The notes under the pieces are model-generated. The model was not told where the DNA came from. It saw only the letters and a list, made by a program, of their open reading frames with translations, and ran no database searches. Of a stretch of 64,000 nucleotides of DNA, positions 37,116 through 45,776 are shown piece after piece. The position numbers and the translations under genes were made by a program. The stretch lies in IMG/VR virus record IMGVR_UViG_3300030419_007002, positions 32,001 to 96,000 of that record; one strand, given 5' to 3'. This DNA comes from a virus. Within the stretch, counting starts at the first letter, position 1, and each line of letters opens with the position of its first letter.

Positions 37116-39026
37116 ATGCCAAGAAAGAAAATATTATTACAAAGCGACTTCTCCCTCGCTAAGACCGGCTTTGGCAGGAATGCCAAAGCTATACTTACTT
37201 ATTTACATAATACAAATAAGTATGACCTAGTACATTATTGTTGCGGCCTGAATTGGTCAAACCCCCAGTTGACAAGAACCCCTTGGAAATCCATAGGCTG
37301 TCTACCCGATAACGAAGAAGAGACTAAAAATCTTAACAAAGACCCAAACGTTGCCAGATTAGCATCATACGGAGCGCACTATTTAGATAGAGTAATAGAG
37401 CAAGAAAAACCAGATGTTTATATAGCAGCCCAAGATATATGGGGCGTAGACTTCGCAATAGATAAGCCTTGGTTTGATAAAATAAACTCCGTAATTTGGA
37501 CCACTCTCGACTCTTTACCCATCTTACCCGCCGCGCTAGAAAAGGCTCCCAAAGTTAAGAACTATTGGATTTGGTCAAATTTTGCAACGAAAGCCATGAA
37601 CAGCTTAGGGCATTCTAATGTAAAAACCATGCACGGAGTTGTCGATGATAAATACTTTCGCAGACTAAAAGACTCAGAAAGGAAATCCTTAAGAAAGCAA
37701 AATAATTTACCGCAGGATATATTCATGGTCGGTTTTGTTTTTAGAAATCAACTCAGAAAATCTGTACCAAATTTACTAGAAGGATACAAAATCTGGAAAG
37801 ATAAATATTACGATAAAAAACGACCCACTGGATTACTTTTGCACACACATTTCTCAGAGGGGTGGAATATCCTTAAGCTCGCTGAGGAATATAAGATAGA
37901 TAAAAAAGAAATTTTTACGACTTACATCTGTAGAAATTGTTTAACTTATAATGTACAAAATTTTGTAGGACAAGATATAAAATGTAACTGTTGCGGAGAA
38001 GAAAAAGGTAAAATTACCACCAACGTCAGCGTAGGGGTTTCAGAAAAAGAGCTAAATGAGGTATATAATCTAATGGACGTTTACGCTCACCCCTTTACTT
38101 CCGGAGGACAAGAAATACCCATACAAGAGGCAAAGCTTACGGAGCTAATTACGCTAGTAACAGATTATAGCTGTGGTCAAGAGATGTGCGAAAAGGGGGC
38201 CGCATCCCTAGCCCTAGATTGGTCGGAGTACAGAGAGCACCAGACCGAATTTATAAAAGCATCCACGAAGCCTAATTCTATTGCAAAAAATATACATAAA
38301 GTATATAGCATGGGTCAAAAGAGGCTCAGAGAAATGGGCGAGCAAGCTCGCCAATGGACTCTAGACAATTATTCCCCCCAAAACGTAGGCTCACTTATAG
38401 AAAAAGAAATTGAAAATTTTGATTCTATAAAATATGATTTTCCCATCAAGGGCAAACCGAAAGATCCAAATGCGGAAATACCCAAGATAGATGATGATAA
38501 AGAATGGCTTATATATATGTATAAGCATATTCTAAACATGAGCGTAGACCAAACAGATGAAGGGCATCAATATTGGATGCAGGAAATTTCTAAAGGCAGA
38601 AAAAGGTCAGAGATAGAACAGTATTTCAGAAAGGTCGCGCAAGAAGAAGGGGATAAAAAATCTGTAGATTTTGAAAATCTTCTAGATAAAGAAGACAAGG
38701 GGAATCGGATGCTATATGTTATGCCAGAAAGTATAGGTGATGTTTTTCTCTCTACAAGTCTTTTTAAATCTTTAAAAAAACAATATCCAAAATATAATCT
38801 ATATGTTGCTACTAAAGAGGCAAACGCAGAAGTGCTAGACGGCAACCCATACGTACATAAAGTGATACCCTATGTCCAACAAATGGATAACCTTCTCTGG
38901 CTAGAGGGGCAGGGGGACCATAAAGGGTATTTTGAGGTTGCGTTCTTGCCCCACGTAGGAACACAAAGGATGTTTGATTACCAACACAACGCAAAAGATG
39001 AAATAGCTTTTGATTTAAAATATTGA
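37116..39026 (+). CDS. Multidomain glycosyltransferase: GT4 with CxxC insert + DUF4214-like + N-terminal half of GT9
   Basis: TGFGRNA, RNQLRKS, SGGQEIPIQEA; YKHILN..D..G..YW; ESIGDVFLST..LK..YP...NPYVHKVI. Confidence 0.75.
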   Translation: MPRKKILLQSDFSLAKTGFGRNAKAILTYLHNTNKYDLVHYCCGLNWSNPQLTRTPWKSIGCLPDNEEETKNLNKDPNVARLASYGAHYLDRVIEQEKPDVYIAAQDIWGVDFAIDKPWFDKINSVIWTTLDSLPILPAALEKAPKVKNYWIWSNFATKAMNSLGHSNVKTMHGVVDDKYFRRLKDSERKSLRKQNNLPQDIFMVGFVFRNQLRKSVPNLLEGYKIWKDKYYDKKRPTGLLLHTHFSEGWNILKLAEEYKIDKKEIFTTYICRNCLTYNVQNFVGQDIKCNCCGEEKGKITTNVSVGVSEKELNEVYNLMDVYAHPFTSGGQEIPIQEAKLTELITLVTDYSCGQEMCEKGAASLALDWSEYREHQTEFIKASTKPNSIAKNIHKVYSMGQKRLREMGEQARQWTLDNYSPQNVGSLIEKEIENFDSIKYDFPIKGKPKDPNAEIPKIDDDKEWLIYMYKHILNMSVDQTDEGHQYWMQEISKGRKRSEIEQYFRKVAQEEGDKKSVDFENLLDKEDKGNRMLYVMPESIGDVFLSTSLFKSLKKQYPKYNLYVATKEANAEVLDGNPYVHKVIPYVQQMDNLLWLEGQGDHKGYFEVAFLPHVGTQRMFDYQHNAKDEIAFDLKY

Positions 39027-39027
39027 C

Positions 39028-39675
39028 ATGAAAGTTTTAGTACCATTATTACTTAGGCCAAACGGCCCAGAAGTCTGGATTAAAAATGCAGAAAAAATTA
39101 AAAATAAATTAACATACGAAGACAAAGATGTTGTTATTTTCGACGAAGAGGTTTCGTCTTACCAAAGCAAATTTGCAGCAGAGGCTAACGCCAGAAATGC
39201 AGTGATAGACAAACACCTGAAGGATGAGCACACCCACGTCTTTTGGATAGATACTGATGTCGTAGAATTTCATGAGAACATAATAGAAATGCTTTCCACT
39301 ATTCCCGGAGCAAACCCACTAAAAGATATAGTAGCCCCGTTTGTTTTCTTAGAGGACAATGACGCTTGGCCTTTTAAAAGATTTTATGATATATCCTGCT
39401 TCATAGATAGTAACGGCGAGAATTATGATTATAAAGAACCCTATAACATGTGGGAAAAAGAACAACCCCTGCACCGATGCAAATGCGTAGGGACATGCTT
39501 CCTAATGCCAGCTAGTATATATAAGATGGGGGTAAGATATGATCCGTATGATGAAAGAAACGAACACATACCATTTTTTGAAGAAGCGAAAGAAAGGGGT
39601 TTCGGCATATGGTCAACCCCCTTGGTAGAAATACGCCACGCCTTTTTACCGAAATATGGAATAAACTTTAGATAA
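39028..39675 (+). CDS. GT-A glycosyltransferase (Anp1/GT2-like)
   Basis: ARN, WIDTDVV (DxD), DIVAP, FYD, VGTCFL, EH..F. Confidence 0.7.
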   Translation: MKVLVPLLLRPNGPEVWIKNAEKIKNKLTYEDKDVVIFDEEVSSYQSKFAAEANARNAVIDKHLKDEHTHVFWIDTDVVEFHENIIEMLSTIPGANPLKDIVAPFVFLEDNDAWPFKRFYDISCFIDSNGENYDYKEPYNMWEKEQPLHRCKCVGTCFLMPASIYKMGVRYDPYDERNEHIPFFEEAKERGFGIWSTPLVEIRHAFLPKYGINFR

Positions 39676-39676
39676 T

Positions 39677-40861
39677 ATGCATTTAGTAGAAAGATATGCA
39701 CTAGGTAGTGGGGCTAAAATAGACCAGCCTTATATTTTAGAAAAATTTTTCCCCCACGACATGAATAGATACATAACGCTTCACCCAAGAAGCAAATATG
39801 ATTCTAAGTGTTATGACTATTGGCAGGAAGTGGTTGACATCATACATCCAGAATTATCCAAGCACGGGATCGACATCTTACAAATAGGAGTAGAAGGAGA
39901 CCCCTTATTAAACCTATGCAAACACGCCGTAGGTGGAACAAGCATAGGGCAAACCGCATACATTCTTAAAGATTCGGAGCTTCATTTGGGTGCGGACAGC
40001 TTCCCTGTCCACGTAGCTTCTCATTATAACAGAAAAATAGTTGCGCTTTACTCTAACATTTATCCCAATCAAGCAAATCCATATTGGGGAAATAAAAAAG
40101 ATCAAATACTTCTAGAAGCAGACAGGGAAGGCAAAAAGCCTAGCTACGCAGCACAAGAAAACCCAAAAACAATCAATTCGATTAAGCCAGAAAACATTGC
40201 AGAGAAAGTCCTCTCGCTTTTAGGGCTAGAGTATTCTTATCCCTATCAAACCCTAACGCGGGGACCGAACTTTTTATCTAGAAATATTCAATCTGTTCCT
40301 AGGGGAGTTTTGGATATACAAGGTTTGGCTGTGGACTCGATTATAATGAGAATGGATTTACATTTTGATGAAAATGTATTAGCTAATCAATTGATGAGGA
40401 CTAAATGTTCTATATTAAGCAATAAGCCCATATCGTTAGATATATTTAAACAGTTTAAAGAAAAAATTAATCAATTCGTCTACGTAATAGATGAGAACCA
40501 TAACCCCTCGTTCATAGAAGATCTCATAAACACGGGGGCGGTTAGGCCGCTTCTCATATCTGAGATGAGTGCTGATAAGTTAAATAAGCTTAAAATTGAT
40601 TACATGGATCACAGCATAATAATGCCGAAATCTTTGCCCAAAGAAAAAGATATAGAAGAAATAAAAAAGCACGGAATGGATAATCTTTATTATAAATCAA
40701 ATAAATTTTTAATAGATAAAGGTCGCGTATATCCCAGCATAGCTGCATGGCAACAAGAAGAATCTATACCCTCATTAGTAAATACTCCTCAAAAAGTTAT
40801 CGACACAGATAATTTCTGGAAAGAAATACAAGATTATTACATTCTAAAGAAAAGCTCTTGA
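39677..40861 (+). CDS. C-terminal half of a GT9 (heptosyltransferase-like) fused to an unknown domain
   Basis: HLVERYA, ITLHP...K....WQEV, ILQIG, TS..QTA, LGADSFPVHVAS...IVALYS. Confidence 0.7.
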   Translation: MHLVERYALGSGAKIDQPYILEKFFPHDMNRYITLHPRSKYDSKCYDYWQEVVDIIHPELSKHGIDILQIGVEGDPLLNLCKHAVGGTSIGQTAYILKDSELHLGADSFPVHVASHYNRKIVALYSNIYPNQANPYWGNKKDQILLEADREGKKPSYAAQENPKTINSIKPENIAEKVLSLLGLEYSYPYQTLTRGPNFLSRNIQSVPRGVLDIQGLAVDSIIMRMDLHFDENVLANQLMRTKCSILSNKPISLDIFKQFKEKINQFVYVIDENHNPSFIEDLINTGAVRPLLISEMSADKLNKLKIDYMDHSIIMPKSLPKEKDIEEIKKHGMDNLYYKSNKFLIDKGRVYPSIAAWQQEESIPSLVNTPQKVIDTDNFWKEIQDYYILKKSS

Positions 40862-40886
40862 CTTATTACCTCCTTAATGTTAATAT
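40858..40886 (+). promoter_or_regulatory. Sigma70-like promoter, likely leaderless transcript
   Basis: TTGACT-17 nt-TAATAT with TGn, ATG 5 nt downstream (40892). Confidence 0.7.
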
Positions 40887-40891
40887 AATAC

Positions 40892-41635
40892 ATGCCGAAA
40901 AAGAAAGTGGGCTTTTCCCAAAAAGAAGAAGAAGATGTTAGATTTTCTCCGCCGAAAGTTTTTACTAGAAACGAATACGGCCTAGTAGAAGACGACGACA
41001 CAAAATATGTTTTCACTGACGAAGGCTTGATTGACTGGAGGAAAATGGTTAAGCCAGAGTACCTTGTTTCCAATAGGCAAAGGACAAAGGAGCTCGACGT
41101 AACAAAGTTAGAAGACAAGGACCTTCTGATTTTATTGGGTGGGATCAAGGAGCTAGCCCAGATAAGGGGTTATACAGATTTAACATATAATGTAGTTTCG
41201 CCTAGCGCAGATTATGTTATAGCTACCTGCACAATAACTTGGACTCCCAATTACGAAACAGAGGGAAGAACAGTAAAATTTTCAGCCATAGGAGATGCAT
41301 CCCCCGGAAACACTAAAAGTTTCGCAAGAAATTTTCTTGGCCCAATCGCAGAAAATAGAGCTTTTGTACGATGCGTAAGAAACTTCTTGAGAATTCACAT
41401 CGTAGGCTCAGATGAGATGGGTGATGTCAAAATGGGATCTGAACCCGTTCAGGAATCGGCGGCAGACCCCAAGGCACTTCTTAAATCTCTCATGAAAGAT
41501 AAGGGTATCACATTCGAAAACGTGAAATCCAAATTACAGAAAGAGTCTTATGATGGCGCAGAGAATTTTTCTGCTATAGAAGACATTCCGAACATTAAAA
41601 TATTCGAACTAATAGAAAGAATGAAGAAGGTTTAA
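40892..41635 (+). CDS. Putative single-strand annealing protein (Rad52/RecT superfamily-like)
   Basis: GG..ELA..RG, beta strands to AIGDA, IAENRAFVRCVRNFLRI...DEM. Confidence 0.5.
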   Translation: MPKKKVGFSQKEEEDVRFSPPKVFTRNEYGLVEDDDTKYVFTDEGLIDWRKMVKPEYLVSNRQRTKELDVTKLEDKDLLILLGGIKELAQIRGYTDLTYNVVSPSADYVIATCTITWTPNYETEGRTVKFSAIGDASPGNTKSFARNFLGPIAENRAFVRCVRNFLRIHIVGSDEMGDVKMGSEPVQESAADPKALLKSLMKDKGITFENVKSKLQKESYDGAENFSAIEDIPNIKIFELIERMKKV

Positions 41636-41961
41636 TCCTTCGGGTATTTTTCTTTCACTTGATTAATAAAATTTATTAATTCATTTAATTTCTCTGGTCG
41701 ACCCATGGCGTTTTCAGTTAAAGCTTCGAACTGGGCCTCTATAGGCCAGCTTTCCATTATGTCATTTTTTCTATTTTCTTGTACCTCCGTCAAGGAAAGT
41801 TGGTTTTGAAATTCTTCCTGAGACCAAATATCATTTAGCTCTGTCTCCGTCGGCTTGGGGATAGAATTATTTTCTGACCAATTAAAGTTCTCATATCCCT
41901 CCCCCTTTAAAGACCATTCATATTCTAAATATTTAGATTCTAATATTCTTAATAGATTCAT
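41632..41961 (-). CDS. Tail-fibre-associated / assembly chaperone-like protein
   Basis: EW...G..Y....W......KPTE.EL...R....P...Q....VK.KYPK; directly downstream of a fibre gene. Confidence 0.55.
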   Translation of the reverse strand: MNLLRILESKYLEYEWSLKGEGYENFNWSENNSIPKPTETELNDIWSQEEFQNQLSLTEVQENRKNDIMESWPIEAQFEALTENAMGRPEKLNELINFINQVKEKYPKD

Positions 41962-43817
41962 TCTAATTCCTCCCTGACCTCTTCTATAGTCATGTTAGAG
42001 TATGCCTTTCCGCCCAATATTGTACTGGGATTGTTCATGTAGTGCGTTCTGTTAAGATATACCGACGCATTTCGACTCTGCCTTCTACCAGCCCTTATGC
42101 TCCAAGTCTGCTCACCTAAAGAATCTACTATGTGAACGTGTCTCATTCTAACGATTTGCCCATACTCTCTGGCGTATACGTTATTTGACCACGCCCTCCT
42201 AGGCGTTGCTTCGTCATCTTTATATAAAGCTATTATGGCTTCAGAATTGCCACCCGCGCTCAGATTTAACTCTGCATCTATTATCAATGTATGCCCCGTT
42301 TGCACGGGGGATATAGATAGGCCTGTTATTTCGGTCCCCTGAGAGCTTTGAGGATTTTCATAATCAATAATTTCTGTCGTCGAAAATGTGTCATTCCATC
42401 TAACCCCAGTCATTCTAACATATTTACCCGTTACCCCAGCTATACCCGTCATTGGCCCTATGCCAGAGACGGTTAAATCAGATACCCATATTCCGTCTCC
42501 GGTTGCGGTTAGCAAGCCCAATACATGAAGATCTTGAAACGTTCCGGTCCCATGAAAGAATTTGTTTCCACTTACTTCTTGATTTCCAGTAGTTAAAACT
42601 ATTTTGTCGAAGAAATTTACTTTCTCCTCGGTTATTCCGCCATCTATTACGCTGAACGCCCCTATTTCATCTCCCCCTGCGCCAGTAAAATTTATCGTTT
42701 CTCCATCAACAAACACTCCAAGGTCCAGAGTGTCTCCCATATATACTTTTATATCTCCAGTTAATCCAGCGCCAGCATTTACGCTGAAGTAACCCGAGCC
42801 TGTTTCCAAAAATGTACTATACGCGACACCAGTCTCTAACAATATTCCTGTATCAACATTGACTGCTCCCCCAGAAATTATTATTCCACTTCCCTGAACT
42901 ACGTTAGCTACAACGCTTTGGTCTCCGCTGAAAACAAAATCATTGAGACCTGATCCACCACTTATGTTATGCTTAAGACCTAATACCTTAAAAGCGCCTA
43001 TAGCGTCCTCGCCCCCGCCAGTAAAGCCTATTGTTTCGCCATCTACATAAACGCCTAGGTCTAAAGTATCGCCCATATAAACCTTGGTGTCGCCAGTAAG
43101 TCCAGCTGCGGCATTGATGTTAAAGAAGGCACTTCCAGTGGTTAATAAATATCCTGTGTCTAAATTCACAGAGTCTTCAGTAACTATGAGCCCCGTTCCC
43201 GGGCTTAGATCTATTCTTCTGGAACTGCTTAGGTTTCCTCCCCCGACTAAGCCACTACCGGCAATCATCTCTACATATAGGGGGTTAAAGCCAGTTAGCC
43301 CGCTTAAGTTTAAGCCTCTATATTTTACCCTACTAGTGTCACCGTCATCATTTATTGCTATAGTCAAAAATCCAGTCGTTTCTCCATCATAGTCTACATC
43401 CCTTATATCCAGAGAACCACTTATATCTATATTACTAAGCAAAGTGGTGTCAGGTTTTGTAACAGTAAAACAGCAAGCAGTATCTTGACCCCTGTCAGAC
43501 TCAACCCCAAAAACCTGAGCGTTTCCGATACCCTTTATCTTTAAGGTGTCCTGAGAACCTATATGAGATCTTAGCTCGGGTACTTCCCCAGATAGCCCGT
43601 AGGCATAACCACCCGTTGAAGCATAACCAAATTCTTCGGAGTTTGCTCCGCTAATTGCATCAAAGTAATAAACATCGCCAAATTCATCTTCAAATCTTAA
43701 ACCGGTTACATACTCTAGACTTTGACCAGTTATTAAAATATGAGAACCGGTAGGGCCCATGGAGGGTATAATTCCGTCGAGCCTTATATCTGGTACAAAT
43801 GTTAATCCTTCACCCAT
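41958..43817 (-). CDS. Tail fibre / virion appendage protein
   Basis: N-terminal IPT-like segment, AG.GL.G beta repeats, TTGNQEVSGNKFF fibre motif, C-terminal head ITGLSISP...LNR...S.MTIEEV. Confidence 0.7.
   Translation of the reverse strand: MGEGLTFVPDIRLDGIIPSMGPTGSHILITGQSLEYVTGLRFEDEFGDVYYFDAISGANSEEFGYASTGGYAYGLSGEVPELRSHIGSQDTLKIKGIGNAQVFGVESDRGQDTACCFTVTKPDTTLLSNIDISGSLDIRDVDYDGETTGFLTIAINDDGDTSRVKYRGLNLSGLTGFNPLYVEMIAGSGLVGGGNLSSSRRIDLSPGTGLIVTEDSVNLDTGYLLTTGSAFFNINAAAGLTGDTKVYMGDTLDLGVYVDGETIGFTGGGEDAIGAFKVLGLKHNISGGSGLNDFVFSGDQSVVANVVQGSGIIISGGAVNVDTGILLETGVAYSTFLETGSGYFSVNAGAGLTGDIKVYMGDTLDLGVFVDGETINFTGAGGDEIGAFSVIDGGITEEKVNFFDKIVLTTGNQEVSGNKFFHGTGTFQDLHVLGLLTATGDGIWVSDLTVSGIGPMTGIAGVTGKYVRMTGVRWNDTFSTTEIIDYENPQSSQGTEITGLSISPVQTGHTLIIDAELNLSAGGNSEAIIALYKDDEATPRRAWSNNVYAREYGQIVRMRHVHIVDSLGEQTWSIRAGRRQSRNASVYLNRTHYMNNPSTILGGKAYSNMTIEEVREELE
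42648..43140 (-). repeat. Two diverged ~155-bp copies inside the fibre gene (about 42648-42803 and 42984-43140)
   Basis: Both encode NA.AGLTGD.KVYMGDTLDLGV.VDGETI.FTG.G.D.IGAF.V. Confidence 0.85.
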
Positions 43818-43837
43818 GTTATTTTATTTCCTCTGAT

Positions 43838-45775
43838 TTAGTCATGATAATCTAGTAACGTTAGCGTTGCATTACCAGTAGTAATTCCTGTGCACGGGTT
43901 AACGCCTATGTAAGCTATATAGTCATGATTTATATTACAATTGAATGGATTTTGCGTTATCACTCCACTTACCCATTCTCCAGTGTTTATCAAGCATGTG
44001 GCACTAACTCCTTGTATTTTTACCCCAGTAACGTTATGGAAAAATCTTCCACTTATACCTAAGAGCGCAGTAGCGCTTACGGAATTAGAAGTTAAACCGC
44101 TAACCTCTGGCCTTCTTCCAGATATCTCCATCAAATCCCCAGTCAAATTTCCAACTAAGTCGTGCATATCCGAAGTCATAAATCTAGAAGAAAAAGATTC
44201 TATTTTAAATATTTTTCCTTCATAAACTGAATTCAGCCTTGATGGTTCGTAATCATTACTTATTATTAAGCTGTCAGGCACTAAGAACGGAAAGCCTTCA
44301 CCTAAGAATGAATTATTTATAATTCCCGTTATTATACTCACACCCGTCCTCACCCCAGAGAGATTTTCTCCAGTTATACTAGAATGATCTATTCCTAAAT
44401 CGTAACCAAAATAATCAGTTAATCCTATATCTAATTTTTTATTAAGCAGGTGATCAATCACAATATTACCTTCGGTACCATATTTCATTGTGGTCGTCAC
44501 TCGGTTATTATGAGATATAAACCTAATCCCCGTATCTCCCCTACTAGAGGACATTCCAGTTATACCTATCAATGGGGCAGCTTGGTAGGCATTTAAGCCA
44601 GTTATCCTAAAGCTTTGTCCGACGATTAAATTTTCTGTTTCTATTCCTGATATAGATGGAAGCACAGTAAAAATCTGATCAGATTCTTCGAAAATTTCAT
44701 TTCCGCTGATGGTAATAGGTGAATTAATTATTTCTCTCGGTACCCTTATGTAAGCCCCCGTTCCATCTACAAAAGTTTTTTCTTTAGCGGGTATATACTC
44801 TGCAGATTCCCCGCTCCAAGCAGATCTAAATAAGAATTCAACCCCAGTTAATTGAGTCCCCGATATGTTTATTAAATCGTTATATTTGCCAGAAGAGGGC
44901 TCTATTATATTTATACCAGTATAAACAGAATGAAGCTCAGTCGGCGATAAAGTACTTTCAGCTATTTGTCCACCGGTAATATTTATCAATTTAAATTTTT
45001 CTTTCTCTTTAATATTTGGCGGTATATTGAAAGACAAACCAGTTGTGCCTACTCCGGTAAATAACAATGAAGAGAGGGGCCTATTTCCAGAAACGGTGGA
45101 CTGAACAATATAAGGATTACTTAACACTACGCTCGGTACCCTAGACCCCGTAAATTCTAACTTGTCTATTTTATGAAGAGAAATACCAGATAAATCAACC
45201 CTAGTACCCGGAAATCCAGACAAAGGAGAAAAGCCTTTTACTTCAGTGTCAGGAACTCTTACTTCAAAATTTCCAGTTTGGCTTACTCCCGACTGACCGC
45301 TCAAGGTAGTGACTAACCCCCCCGTAGCATAAACGAATATTGGTCCAGAATTAGATTCATTAGGAACAGTAAACCTTATACCCGTTTCTCCATCTACGGA
45401 AAAATTATTAGAAAATGTCTCTGCTATTTGGACTCCAGTTATGTTAACAAAATTTTCTCCGCTTATTAATACATCTTCCCCCCAATAAGCCCCAGTCGCT
45501 CTATCGAAACCAGAGATTTGTGGTTTATCTATGAACCTAAGGCCCGTACCGGATGCATAGTTTACTCCATTGTATAAAACAAATGTATTATGTTTTTCTA
45601 GACCATCGGGAATACGAAAACTTACAAAATTATGTGCGCTAGTAAAAGAACCACTGACTATGTCTGCCCGATTACCGCTTGTGCTATTAAAAAATATAGC
45701 CGTTTCAGGGGTATCATATATCCCCGAACCGCTAAGCGATAAAACGTCTCCTGCTATTCCACTTTTAAAAGCCAT
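43838..45775 (-). CDS. IPT/TIG Ig-like repeat virion protein, SG/TG-rich
   Basis: Repeated P.ISG..P..G..G..V.ISG.N...ITGV...F.VP units. Confidence 0.7.
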   Translation of the reverse strand: MAFKSGIAGDVLSLSGSGIYDTPETAIFFNSTSGNRADIVSGSFTSAHNFVSFRIPDGLEKHNTFVLYNGVNYASGTGLRFIDKPQISGFDRATGAYWGEDVLISGENFVNITGVQIAETFSNNFSVDGETGIRFTVPNESNSGPIFVYATGGLVTTLSGQSGVSQTGNFEVRVPDTEVKGFSPLSGFPGTRVDLSGISLHKIDKLEFTGSRVPSVVLSNPYIVQSTVSGNRPLSSLLFTGVGTTGLSFNIPPNIKEKEKFKLINITGGQIAESTLSPTELHSVYTGINIIEPSSGKYNDLINISGTQLTGVEFLFRSAWSGESAEYIPAKEKTFVDGTGAYIRVPREIINSPITISGNEIFEESDQIFTVLPSISGIETENLIVGQSFRITGLNAYQAAPLIGITGMSSSRGDTGIRFISHNNRVTTTMKYGTEGNIVIDHLLNKKLDIGLTDYFGYDLGIDHSSITGENLSGVRTGVSIITGIINNSFLGEGFPFLVPDSLIISNDYEPSRLNSVYEGKIFKIESFSSRFMTSDMHDLVGNLTGDLMEISGRRPEVSGLTSNSVSATALLGISGRFFHNVTGVKIQGVSATCLINTGEWVSGVITQNPFNCNINHDYIAYIGVNPCTGITTGNATLTLLDYHD

Positions 45776-45776
45776 A

